DNA of 64,000 bases from an uncultured Chlorobiota bacterium (GTDB lineage Bacteria; Bacteroidota; Ignavibacteria; UBA10030; UBA6906), in contig CAADGV010000010.1 of assembly GCA_900696645.1 (NCBI GenBank), forward strand, positions 9,771 to 73,770, read 5' to 3'. The stretch's first letter is position 1. Each line of letters starts with the position of its first letter. Below, piece by piece: positions 30,501 through 37,599 of the stretch. The notes under the pieces are model-generated. The model was not told the origin of the DNA. It ran no database searches and worked only from the letters and a program-made list of their open reading frames with translations. The translations under genes and the position numbers were made by a program.

Positions 30501-31098
30501 GTACTTCAATCGATCGGAGTGGGATCCGCGCTACAGCAGTTTTGCAGCGGATTTCCGTCCCGAGGTAGATCGACTGGAAACATGGACCTTTGATGTACGC
30601 GCAAAAGTACATGAAAACGTATCGCTCCGGTTCAAAGGAATCGAAGATGTGCCCGAAGCTCTGAATGTGTATCTGATAGATAGGCAGAGGGCCCGGTATG
30701 CCGACCTTCGGAAAGAAGCGGGTTATGCTGTGCCGCTCCCGACCGGTAGCGCTGAACTGGAAATTGCCGTTGGAACGGAGGAAGCAATACGTGAAGTATT
30801 AAGCTCGATCATTCCGAGGGAGTTTGCATTAGGCAACAATTTCCCGAATCCGTTCAATCCAATCACAACAATTCCCATTGCGATCCCGCATACTGCAGAT
30901 GTGACGCTGAAGATTTACAATACGCTGGGTCAGGAAGTCCGGACGGTATTTGCAGGGACGCTGGAAGCTGGCAGGTATTTCTACACTTGGGACGGCAGAA
31001 ATGAATCCGGCAGCACGGTTGCGAGCGGTATCTACTTCGCCCGATTCCGCGCACTGAATGGGCCGACGTTCACAGGCAAAATGATTTTGCTTAAGTAA
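21520..31098 (+). CDS. Giant cell-surface repeat protein (about 3190 aa): Ig-like repeat arrays, IPT/TIG-like and FN3-like domains, T9SS C-terminal sorting domain
   Basis: Signal peptide MCKSCVTRLWLILTVLLCIGSAGAFA at ATG 21520. There are 6 + 16 Ig-like repeats of about 105 aa. The C-terminus has NFPNPFNPITTIPIAIP..GIYFARF, typical of Por_Secre_tail. The ORF-track start at 21274 is unlikely; 21484 and 21490 are alternatives. Confidence 0.85.
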   Translation: MCKSCVTRLWLILTVLLCIGSAGAFAQATQVRVETMPDGTGTIVPAQSLALGETLVVYAISRTAGGVFVANVVADVWALDSIAGGVVAGDLVPHANRRSATFRARLTGSANIRATFGLLTPVRSGKITVVPGPAKKLAFIQGPTNANAGAAIAPPITVQIQDSVGNSVPTPAPGLQINLAIHTGTGVLGGTVARLTDATGRATFNDVSVNLVGIKTLKATRAGLDSAVSASFTINPGAAKKLVFIQQPTTTSAGTIITPPITVQVQDTFGNNVRTPAPGLAITVALNSGTGVLGGTLVRSTDTTGLATFNNLSLNISGAKTLKATRTGLDSAVSTAFTINAAAPKKLLFVQQPTNTPAGTSINPPITVQVQDTFGNSVRTPAPGLLVNLALNSGTGVLGGTLARSTDTTGLATFNDVNVNLIGLKTVKATRTGLDSAISTSFTVSAAPAKKLVFVQQPTNDTAGTIITPPITVQVQDTFGNNVAGVVSVVMTIHSGTGVLSGTTTKSTSAAGLATFDNLSINLTGAKQLKANNPGLDSAVSVSFTINPAAASRLAIQVQPSATATAGVVFAQQPVVRIEDAFGNLVTTNNSTSVTATRSAGTGTLQGTTTLTASGGLVSFTNLRHNVSGTISIQFTSLPVLTPVTSTNIVVSPAAASKLVFTQQPTNTVSGSAITPALTVQLQDTFSNNVLQSGRPVLMTLSSGTGVLSGTTTQNTNASGVATFSNLNINLVGTKALTATSTGLVSAISSSFQITVGPPATVVATAGTPQSALVNTAFSTNLRALVRDAAGNVISGATVTFTAPTTGARGTFAGGLSTINVATDTNGIATATVFTANIIAGSYNVTASVVGVPTPATYALTNTAGPPRQIAATAGTPQSTQIATAFPVNFQATVRDTFGNLLSGIVVTFTAPSSGPSGTFAGGVNTSTTNVSGVATAAVFSANIIAGSYQLTATAPGITTPAAFALTNLPGTPTSVTATAGTPQSAQVGTAFATNLTALVRDGASNPVPGILVRFKKPATGASGTFAGGIDTVRTDANGVAVAPVFTANLIAGSYNDSAVVTGVPAPAIYQMTNTSGPPGNITVVAGTPQSAVVNTAFATSLQVLVRDAVGNPVNNVTVTFTAPSTGPSGKFGGLRVVTAPTNVSGIATAPTFTADTLAGSYQVTASAPDVTTPALFAMTNNPGAASRILATAGTPQSAQIGTAFATNFRVRVTDAFDNPIGGNLVTFTPPATGPSGAFQGNVNTTTTDSTGAATAVVFTANFIAGTYNLPATATGVATPAQFVLTNTAGTPQTITPTAGTPQSARVNTQFAASLQAIVRDGAGNPASGITVTFTAPVSGASARFSNGQTTFTTTSSGAGIASATVFANTIVGSYAVNATVSGVASPAIFLLTNTPGIAASVSATAGTPQATTVNTAFPVQFQATVRDSFNNVVPGVLVTFSGTGGSFVGGVDTARTNSGGVATAAVFVAGTVAGAHTVNASVPGVTAPAAYSLTNLAGSPESVFATAGTPQSTQVNTAFATQLAVAVRDSFNNPVPNVIVTFTVPLTGPSGVFAGGVNIATTNSAGVATAPVLTANSTAGQYIVTASVPGVSSPAQFFLTNVPGQAASIIPTAGTPQSAQVNTPFATNFSVLVRDASGNPVRNLTVTFTVPSSGPGGMFAAGGNFTTDSNGVVTAPQFTANTTAGRYTVNATVAGVPTPAQFQLTNTPGVANSVVLAGGSGQSTTVGTVFPVPLQALVRDNWNNPVPGILVTFTSPSTGPSCNFAGFAIGTATTDTNGIASIIAIANQLAGSYNVVATVSGISTPANFSLSNTAAAPATIIATAGTPQSAQVGTVFSTPLQALVRDGFSNPVPNALVQFTPPATGPSGTFQNNIDTVRTNSGGVATARPFTANLIAGGPYSVTAGVTGVTETASYLLTNLTGPPGSITILQGTPQITTVGTAFPVQFRVQVRDSANNPVVNTPVTFFPPQGGVGGFFQGTGGGPIDVPTNQSGISEAPVFIANTIAGSYSVGASAPSVSSPATFQMTNRPGAPKRLYSVAGTPQSAQISTAFATNFQAAVEDSFANMVPNVLVKWTQPSSGPSGSFSGGRDTARTLANGIATAPVFVANIIAGTYTVRATTAGVVDTANYSLRNTPGSPATISVFQGSGQSTIVNTSFGSTLQAFVTDGAGNGVGGVLVQFSVPLTGPSCVFLNGIDTVRTQENGIANSQPFSANSVAGTYLVSASAPGVSQPAQFTLTNRPTVPATIVATAGTPQSAQVNTNFATQFRAVVRDSFANPISGWRVTFIAPSSGPGGSFQGGGNQWMTNDSGVVTANTFTANGTAGSYVVQAFAENLSATASYNLTNTPGQAGNVTVVAGNQQSAAVNTLFSLPLSVRVTDGSGNPVGGVSVTFTAPATGPSGTFPGGTLSRIVQTDTGGIARADSFRANTVAGSYDVNATVQGLAGTGTFTLSNTVGPLNAFVVEAAGGGNIPAQLTRVPFSVRISAKDAFNNTVSTFTGTVTITSNGRLFSGGGVTSTFSNGQLTHQIVMDKAGSGITITATRTSGGTQTGTSNAFQVNNPVPTLTSVTPAIVSLLETVVLVMRGTGFIDTVTTVNVGTGITINSVVVDSLTQLRANVTVTSSATTGDRNITVSNGAPGGGTSNQIALTVDMPVPPAPTLSGGPADSSMNVDSTLTLSWSPAPLAITYNLQVSTVATFATPVINDETLTSTSRIVLLKGNTLYFWRVRAKNSRGFGPFSAAKSFTTLPAYPQAYSLSTTVVYPDRPTQGDYLPTDYRIVGLPGDGLRGGITIPQLLPGTQNVDWIVYRDNGADQNYFEPYDGNPSFSLAPGRAFWVLKKGIWSITSVSVPTATLNTQNQSVQIGLQNGWNLITNPYTLTIPWSVVRAANGNFSDPIYGFNGAFSVSEFLPYGGYYFFNSGSLNSLRIPFGNYTSVGKSGESRKQGEWQISMEYSAQGYTDNTLVFGVLSDSRHGLDSLEYRKPRAFDGIPTVYFNRSEWDPRYSSFAADFRPEVDRLETWTFDVRAKVHENVSLRFKGIEDVPEALNVYLIDRQRARYADLRKEAGYAVPLPTGSAELEIAVGTEEAIREVLSSIIPREFALGNNFPNPFNPITTIPIAIPHTADVTLKIYNTLGQEVRTVFAGTLEAGRYFYTWDGRNESGSTVASGIYFARFRALNGPTFTGKMILLK
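21910..23785 (+). repeat. Adhesin repeat family A: six tandem coding repeats of about 105 aa (about 312 bp)
   Basis: Recurring (A/P)KKL(V/A)F(I/V)QQPTN..PPITVQ(V/I)QD(T/S)(F/V)GN..TGTGVLGGT..TD.TGLATFN(D/N)..L.GAKTLKAT..GLDSAVS..FTI, read in the translation. Confidence 0.7.
23785..28890 (+). repeat. Adhesin repeat family B: sixteen tandem coding repeats of about 106 aa (about 319 bp), Big_1/invasin-like
   Basis: Recurring TAGTPQSAQVNTAFATNF.A.VRD.F.NPV.G..VTFT.P.SGPSG.F.GG..T..T...GVATAP.FTAN..AGSY.V.A...GV..PA.F.LTN, counted 16 times. A 17th divergent unit follows. Confidence 0.7.
29885..29892 (+). repeat. G8 homopolymer inside the adhesin ORF
   Basis: The sequence ttgaGGGGGGGGatt encodes LRGGI and lies about 1.2 kb upstream of the stop, before the T9SS sorting domain. 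Confidence 0.9.
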
Positions 31099-31113
31099 GA
31101 AGAGGAGAGTACG

Positions 31114-31641
31114 ATGGTACATTTTGTTCAACATAGAATTCTGCGCAGCATTCTGGCGATACTCGTTCTTATCTACACCGTGCAAATTACGGCGGTAGCT
31201 CAGGAGGACGATGGGCCGGTTTCAAATGTTCGCCCGGAAAAACAAGGCAGAGTGAACGTGTTTATTGAGTACGATCTTGCCGGATCTCCGAGCGATGTGT
31301 ACACAGTAACACTGACAGTCAGATTGCATTCCGACACAAGTTTCTCGTACACCCCTATTAATGTCATCGGCGATATCGGGGCGAATATCCGACCGGGAAA
31401 GAACAAACGGATCAGTTGGCGGATTTCAGATGAATATGTTTCCGCGTATGATGATGTGAATGACATGAAGTTCGTCATCACGGCAATTCCAGCAGAATCC
31501 GAGGGAAGTGGCAGTGGTCTCTACATTGCCGGTGGGGCAGTGGTTGCAGGGTTGACGATTGCTATCATTCTCCTCTCCTCAAAGAAGGACGTCGATGCGG
31601 GAAAGACGAATGTCTTTCCACAACCGCCGGGGCGTCCTTGA
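31114..31641 (+). CDS. Hypothetical bitopic protein: signal/anchor, small beta-sandwich-like ectodomain, C-terminal TM helix
   Basis: 175 aa, 15-nt gap after the adhesin stop, with a GAGGAG RBS. TM segment LYIAGGAVVAGLTIAIILL near the C-terminus. No family recognised. Confidence 0.6.
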   Translation: MVHFVQHRILRSILAILVLIYTVQITAVAQEDDGPVSNVRPEKQGRVNVFIEYDLAGSPSDVYTVTLTVRLHSDTSFSYTPINVIGDIGANIRPGKNKRISWRISDEYVSAYDDVNDMKFVITAIPAESEGSGSGLYIAGGAVVAGLTIAIILLSSKKDVDAGKTNVFPQPPGRP

Positions 31642-31717
31642 ATCAACGGAGGGGATTTGGTATATTTTTCCAAGCCTCCGCTGACATCGAATTGTAAAGA
31701 CTGCTTCAAAGTCGAAG

Positions 31718-31751
31718 AAGGAGTGCTCTGATGAGTGCTCCTTTCTTTTTT
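31718..31751 (+). terminator. Rho-independent terminator candidate after the adhesin operon
   Basis: 10-bp stem (AAGGAGTGCT / AGTGCTCCTT, two G-U pairs), 6-nt loop, then TCTTTTTT. Confidence 0.6.
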
Positions 31752-31784
31752 CTCGTTATATCCACTATCTACAACCGGAACTGT

Positions 31785-33473
31785 ATGCGGCTAAGCAAAG
31801 CATTTATACCCACTGTAAAAGAAATTCCGAACGACGCCGTTATTCCGAGCCACCAATTGATGATTCGGGCAGGAATGGTTCGTCTGCTCTCCGCCGGCAT
31901 TTATTCCTGGCTGCCGCTCGGCTATAAAGTCATGAAGAAAGTCTGCGACATTGTCCGCGAGGAGATGGACGCAATCGGCGGGCAGGAGTTCCATTTGCCG
32001 GCGTTGAACCCGATTGAACTGTGGGAAGAAACAGGTCGAGTGAAAGCCTTTGGCGACAATCTCTTTCACGTCAAGAACAGACCATTGGTACTTGCCCCGA
32101 CGCATGAGGAAGTGATTTGCTGGATCGCCAAGAATCATGTCGAGTCCTACAAAGACATGCCGCAAATCTGGTATCAGATTCAGACGAAATTCCGGAACGA
32201 GCCGAGGCCCCGATCTGGTGTCCTTCGCGGCCGCCAGTTTCTGATGAAAGACAGCTATACGCTCGATGCAACGTGGGAGGGACTCGATAAAGGATACGAC
32301 CTACACGCCGAGGCATACAAAAAAATCTTCACACGCTGCGGACTGAAGTTCTTCATTGTCGGCGCATCGAGCGGCGCAATGGGGGGCAGCGGCTCACAGG
32401 AGTTCATGCTCGAATCGGATTCGGGCGAAGACACGATTGCGCTCGCCGAGGACAATAGCTACGCTGCGAACCTTGAGATTGCGACGTCTCTCGTCCCGAA
32501 AGCCGTCCGCCACACAGAAAGCAAATCGCTGGAAGAAATTCATACACCAAATGTCAAGACGATTGACGAGCTTGCGGCATTTCTGAAAGTTGACCACAGC
32601 GTTCTTGCAAAGTCAGTTGTCTATTGGGCTGATAAGACCCCCGTGCTTGTCCTTCTGATGGGAAATGATGAGTTGAATGAATCAAAACTGATGTCGGTGA
32701 TGGGAACCGACGTGCATCCCATTGAGGCAGAGAGCTTGTTTGGTTTGACAGGCGCCGATGGAGGTTCTATCGGTCCGGTAGGATTGAACGGTTTCAAAAT
32801 CATTGCCGATAAGCGGCTTGAAGGAGCCAACGGACTCATCAGCGGAGCCAATCGGAACGATTATCACCTGAAAAACATCGACCTGCAACGTGACTGCAAG
32901 ATCGACGGCTACTATGACCTGCGAACCGTACAAGCGGGCGAAACCGCTCCGAACGGGGCCGGCAAGCTCCGTATTGTTCGGGGAATCGAGCTGGGGCACA
33001 TCTTCAAACTCGGAACAAAATACTCCGATTCACTGAAGGCAACCTATCTGGATGAGAAGGGGGAGGCGAAGCCGATCATCATGGGAAGCTATGGTATCGG
33101 CATCGAGCGGATTATTGCGTGCCACATTGAACAGAATCACGATGCAAACGGCATCATTTGGGATAAGTCCATAGCGCCTTATCTCGTCCATATCATAGCC
33201 GTTAATATGAAAAGCGAGAAGGTTGTTGAGAAGGCGGAGCATCTCTACAACCAACTCCTCGAAGTAGGGATTGACGTATTGTATGATGACCGGCCGACAA
33301 CACCCGGGTTCAAATTCAAAGACGCCGACTTGCTCGGCATGCCGCTTCAGGTTATCGTGGGTGAGAAAAATCTCGCCAACGGCAAGATTGAAGTGAAAAT
33401 CCGGAAATCGGGGGAGAGAATTCTGGTTGACGTCGATCAATCCCTTATGAAAGTGAAAGAGCTCTTGACATAG
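31785..33473 (+). CDS. proS: Proline--tRNA ligase (bacterial type with an editing insertion)
   Basis: MRLSKAFIPTVKEIPNDAVIPSHQLMIRAGMVR.. and class II motifs (FRNEPRPRSGVLRGRQFLMKDSY, GSYGIGIERI). The ORF-track start at 31731 sits in the terminator loop. Confidence 0.92.
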   Translation: MRLSKAFIPTVKEIPNDAVIPSHQLMIRAGMVRLLSAGIYSWLPLGYKVMKKVCDIVREEMDAIGGQEFHLPALNPIELWEETGRVKAFGDNLFHVKNRPLVLAPTHEEVICWIAKNHVESYKDMPQIWYQIQTKFRNEPRPRSGVLRGRQFLMKDSYTLDATWEGLDKGYDLHAEAYKKIFTRCGLKFFIVGASSGAMGGSGSQEFMLESDSGEDTIALAEDNSYAANLEIATSLVPKAVRHTESKSLEEIHTPNVKTIDELAAFLKVDHSVLAKSVVYWADKTPVLVLLMGNDELNESKLMSVMGTDVHPIEAESLFGLTGADGGSIGPVGLNGFKIIADKRLEGANGLISGANRNDYHLKNIDLQRDCKIDGYYDLRTVQAGETAPNGAGKLRIVRGIELGHIFKLGTKYSDSLKATYLDEKGEAKPIIMGSYGIGIERIIACHIEQNHDANGIIWDKSIAPYLVHIIAVNMKSEKVVEKAEHLYNQLLEVGIDVLYDDRPTTPGFKFKDADLLGMPLQVIVGEKNLANGKIEVKIRKSGERILVDVDQSLMKVKELLT

Positions 33474-33643
33474 CGTTCAACATCATGATTTACAAAGGGA
33501 TACGCCTTTTATCTCAATCAACATCAAGATCGGATTCCTCTGCAAAAGTTGTTTATAACTTACTCTTGATTTCTCCATTTCGGTGACTAAATTGAAACTC
33601 CCGCGTTCCAGGAAATGTGACTAAAGCAATGGGAGTGTTATCT

Positions 33644-36600
33644 ATGCCAGAATACGTCCATCTTCATAATCATACTCACTACAGCCTGCTTGACGGCGCA
33701 CTGAAAGTGGATGAGCTCGTCAACGCTGCTGTTGCCAACAAAATGCCGGCGGTTGGGCTTACCGATCACGGTGTGATGTTTGGTGCTTTGGAGTTCTACA
33801 AAAAGGCCCAAAAAGCAGGCGTCAAGCCTATTATCGGTTGCGAGGTGTACATCGTGACCAAGGGCAGCCGATTCGAGAAGACAACACAAGCCACGGAATC
33901 GGGCGGCAAGCGCGGCGCGTATCACCACATGATTCTGCTCGCAAAAGACCTCACAGGCTACCGGAATCTGATCAAACTTTGCACAATCGGGCATACGGAG
34001 GGGTTCTACTACAAGCCACGGATTGACACTGAAGTGCTCCGGCAATACAGCGCCGGACTCGTTGCCACATCGGCTTGTGCCGGTGGAGTAGTGGGAGCAC
34101 AGCTTGCAAATGGCGAAGACAAAGAAGCTTATGAGATCGCCGAACTTTTCAAGGACATTTTCGGCGACGATTTCTACATCGAAATCCAGAACCACGGCAT
34201 CAAGCGCGAAGCGGTGATCAGGGAGAAGGCCCCGAAGCTTGCCAAGGATTTGGGGCTCAAGCTGATTTGCTCGAATGATGTTCATTACCTCAAGCAGGAA
34301 CATGCCATCGCCCACAACATCATGTTGCTGATTCCGGATTCGAGCAGCACGAACACGCACGATTACACACAGCTTCGCTATCAGACTGATCAGGTCTATT
34401 TCAAATCTGCACAAGAAATGATCGAGTTGTTCAGAGAATATCCTGAAGCTCTGAACTCAACCATGGAAGTAGTGGAGAAGTGCAATCTCGTGCTCGATCT
34501 GAAGAGCAATCATATGCCGGTATTTCCGATACCGGCGGATGCCGGAGTTGTTTCGCTCGATGAGTACTTCGAGAAGCTTGCCCGTGAGGGGTTCAATCGC
34601 AGGTATCCCGAACCGAACGAAGACCTTTTGCGAAGACTGGATCACGAGATAGCCGTCATCCGGAAAATGGGCTATGCCGGCTACTTCTTGATTGTTCAGG
34701 ACTTCATTGCCGCTGCGCGCAAGATGGGTGTTTCGGTCGGGCCCGGTCGCGGAAGCGCTGCCGGGAGCATCGTGTCGTACGCTCTCGGAATCACGAACGT
34801 CGATCCCATTAAATACGATTTGTTGTTCGAGCGATTCCTCAACCCCGATCGCGTTAACATGCCCGACATCGATATCGACTTTTCAGATACGAAACGTGAG
34901 AAAGTGATTGAGTATGTTCGGAAGAAGTACGGCGAACATTCCGTCTCTCAAATCATCACGTTCGGCACGCTTTCAACCCGTGCCGTTCTGAAGGATGTCG
35001 GACGGGTGCTTGGCGTTCCCCTCAGCACGATTGACTCGATTACAAAGCAAATTCCGGTGGAATTGGGCAAAGTCCGACCTCTCGCCCAGGCGCTTGATAC
35101 CATTCCCGAACTGAAGTGGGTGAAGGAAAGTACTGATCCCAAGATCAAAACTCTCATCGACGCGTCTCTTGTTCTTGAAGGGATGAACCGGGGAGCAAGC
35201 ATGCACGCTGCCGGAGTTGTGATAGCGCCCGGCAACATCAGTGATTACGTTCCGCTGTTCAAGACTCCTCAAACGGAAGTCATGACACAGTATAACATGA
35301 AGGATCTTGAGGCAGCCGGGCTTCTCAAGATGGATTTTCTTGGACTGCGGACACTTTCGGTTCTGGAGAATGCGCTTGCAATGATCAAGCGTAATCACGG
35401 AATTGATATTGACTTAGATGATATTCCTGAAGACGATCCGAAGACGTTTGAATTGTTCTCGCGAGCCGGAACTATTGCCGTGTTTCAGTTCGAAAGTTCG
35501 GGCATGCAGGATTGGCTGCGCAAGCTGAAACCCACCAGCATCAGCGACCTTGTTGCGATGAACGCCCTCTATCGACCCGGGCCGATGGAGATGATTGGCG
35601 ACTTCATCGAACGGAAGCACGGCCGCCAGGAAATCAGCTACATGCACCCGAAGATGGAATCGATCCTGAAAGAAACGTACGGGATTATCGTCTATCAGGA
35701 GCAAGTGATGAAGATTGCGACGGAAATTGCCGGATTTACATTGGCAAAAGCCGACATCATGCGCCGCGCAATGGGCAAGAAGAACAAAGACGAAATGGCG
35801 AAGATGAAAGTCGAGTTCATCGGAGGTGCCGTTGCGCTTGGGACGCAGAAGAAACTCGCGGGCGACATTTTTGATTTGATTGAGAAGTTTGCCTCGTACG
35901 GATTCAACAAATCACACAGCGTTGCGTACTCGGTTGTTGCATATCAGACGGCGTATCTGAAAGCGAACTATCCCGCCGAATACATGGCGGCGACACTGTC
36001 GTCAGAAATCGGTGATACCGAAAAGATCGTCGGCTTGATTGATGATTGCCGAAAACTGGGCATCGAAGTCCTTCCGCCGGATGTCAATGAATCAGGCATT
36101 GATTTTCAGGTTGTGAACGGCGCTATTCGTTTCGGCTTGTGTGCCATCAAGGGAGTCGGCGAAAGCGCTATTCAATCCGTCATTAAGGCGAGAGAGGAGC
36201 AGGGCAAGTTCGAGAACCTCTTTGATTTCTGCCGCCGGGTTGATCTTCGTCTCGTGAACAAGAAATGCCTCGAAAGTCTCGTGCAGGCCGGTGCATTCGA
36301 CTCGATGGAAGGACACAGGGCGCAGTATTTCGAGAACATCGAGCGGGCAGCAAGTTTCGGCAGCGCGTATCAGGAACAGAGTCTCAGCGGCCAATCGAGC
36401 CTCTTCGATTCGGGGCCGAAGGAACAGCAGAAGATCTCCTATCCCGCATTGCCCGCCGTTGCCGCCTGGACTGAACATGACAAACTGATGCGTGAGAAGA
36501 ATGTTCTCGGTTTCTTCGTCTCGGGCCACCCGCTGCTGAAGTACGAACAGGAAGTAAACGAGTTTGCGAATGTGCAACTCGGCGACCCGGGCAATTTCAA

Positions 36601-37102
36601 GAACGGCGCAACGGCACGGGCGTGCGGCATTGTGACGCAAGTTCGTAAACGAGTCGACAAACGCGGCAACACAATGGCGTTTGTGACAATCGAAGACTTC
36701 ACAGGCCGTGCCGACCTGATTGTGTTCTCGGATGCGTTTGCGAAGTTCCAGCAGCATCTTCAACCCGACTCGATGATAATGGTGACGGGAAAAGGAGAGG
36801 CAAACGGCGATGCACTGAAGATTGTTGTGCAGGAAGTCTTCCCGATGGAAAAAGTGAGGGAAAAGTTTACGAAAAGCATTGTTCTCGCAATCAATATCAA
36901 CGATATTAAAGAACATACGATTGTCGAATTGAGGAAACTAATCGAACGGAACCAGGGGAACTGTACCTGCTACTTTGATGTTTTCACTTCCGACCAACAC
37001 ATGAAATATCACACAAAGAAATATACCATTGAACCGTCCGATGAATTCTTGACAGAAGTCAAGAAGATTCTCGGGCCGCAAAGTGTCCGATTAGCAAGTT
37101 AA
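33644..37102 (+). CDS. dnaE: DNA polymerase III alpha subunit
   Basis: PHP domain start YVHLHNHTHYSLLDGA, polymerase core PDIDIDF, and OB-fold C-terminus. About 1150 aa. Confidence 0.93.
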   Translation: MPEYVHLHNHTHYSLLDGALKVDELVNAAVANKMPAVGLTDHGVMFGALEFYKKAQKAGVKPIIGCEVYIVTKGSRFEKTTQATESGGKRGAYHHMILLAKDLTGYRNLIKLCTIGHTEGFYYKPRIDTEVLRQYSAGLVATSACAGGVVGAQLANGEDKEAYEIAELFKDIFGDDFYIEIQNHGIKREAVIREKAPKLAKDLGLKLICSNDVHYLKQEHAIAHNIMLLIPDSSSTNTHDYTQLRYQTDQVYFKSAQEMIELFREYPEALNSTMEVVEKCNLVLDLKSNHMPVFPIPADAGVVSLDEYFEKLAREGFNRRYPEPNEDLLRRLDHEIAVIRKMGYAGYFLIVQDFIAAARKMGVSVGPGRGSAAGSIVSYALGITNVDPIKYDLLFERFLNPDRVNMPDIDIDFSDTKREKVIEYVRKKYGEHSVSQIITFGTLSTRAVLKDVGRVLGVPLSTIDSITKQIPVELGKVRPLAQALDTIPELKWVKESTDPKIKTLIDASLVLEGMNRGASMHAAGVVIAPGNISDYVPLFKTPQTEVMTQYNMKDLEAAGLLKMDFLGLRTLSVLENALAMIKRNHGIDIDLDDIPEDDPKTFELFSRAGTIAVFQFESSGMQDWLRKLKPTSISDLVAMNALYRPGPMEMIGDFIERKHGRQEISYMHPKMESILKETYGIIVYQEQVMKIATEIAGFTLAKADIMRRAMGKKNKDEMAKMKVEFIGGAVALGTQKKLAGDIFDLIEKFASYGFNKSHSVAYSVVAYQTAYLKANYPAEYMAATLSSEIGDTEKIVGLIDDCRKLGIEVLPPDVNESGIDFQVVNGAIRFGLCAIKGVGESAIQSVIKAREEQGKFENLFDFCRRVDLRLVNKKCLESLVQAGAFDSMEGHRAQYFENIERAASFGSAYQEQSLSGQSSLFDSGPKEQQKISYPALPAVAAWTEHDKLMREKNVLGFFVSGHPLLKYEQEVNEFANVQLGDPGNFKNGATARACGIVTQVRKRVDKRGNTMAFVTIEDFTGRADLIVFSDAFAKFQQHLQPDSMIMVTGKGEANGDALKIVVQEVFPMEKVREKFTKSIVLAININDIKEHTIVELRKLIERNQGNCTCYFDVFTSDQHMKYHTKKYTIEPSDEFLTEVKKILGPQSVRLAS

Positions 37103-37138
37103 CCAATCACAATCACCCGAAGGGGGAACAGGAGACAG

Positions 37139-37468
37139 ATGAAACCGATTGAAATTACCGATGCGAATTTTCAGCAGGAAGTGATCAATTCAGATACACC
37201 CGTGCTGATTGATTTCTGGGCAGTATGGTGCGGGCCGTGCAAAATGGTTGCGCCGGTCGTCGAGGAACTGGCCAAGGAGTACGACGGAAAGCTGAAAGTC
37301 GGCAAGGTGGATGTTGACAACAACCCGCAGGTGTCGATGCAGTTCGGCATCCGCAGCATCCCGACGTTAATGGTGTTCAAAGGCGGAAAGGTGGTGGAGC
37401 AAATCATCGGTGCCGTGCCGAAGCGTAACGTTGTGGAGAAGCTGCTGCCGCATGTAAGCATGAATTAG
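37139..37468 (+). CDS. trxA: Thioredoxin
   Basis: 109 aa, with [11 protein letters not shown] active site and [13 protein letters not shown]. Confidence 0.92.
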   Translation: MKPIEITDANFQQEVINSDTPVLIDFWAVWCGPCKMVAPVVEELAKEYDGKLKVGKVDVDNNPQVSMQFGIRSIPTLMVFKGGKVVEQIIGAVPKRNVVEKLLPHVSMN

Positions 37469-37498
37469 GCTCGTGCTATTCTTCACAAGAAACCCGGA

Positions 37499-37531
37499 CC
37501 CGACTTGAGTCGAAGTCGGGTTTTTTATTTT
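37499..37531 (+). terminator. Rho-independent terminator after trxA
   Basis: Stem CCCGACTT / AAGTCGGG, loop GAGTCG, followed by TTTTTTATTTTT. Confidence 0.75.
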
Positions 37532-37599
37532 TCAGATAGCTATATTGTTCAGGCCTTTCGCAAGTTCAACTCATTCCGCCATCATTTCTTGAGGAATCC

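Noticed and set aside
21047-31700. tRNA-Arg as the attachment site of an integrated island carrying the adhesin
   Set aside because: I could not find a direct repeat of the tRNA 3' end downstream of the adhesin operon, and there is no integrase or recombinase gene.
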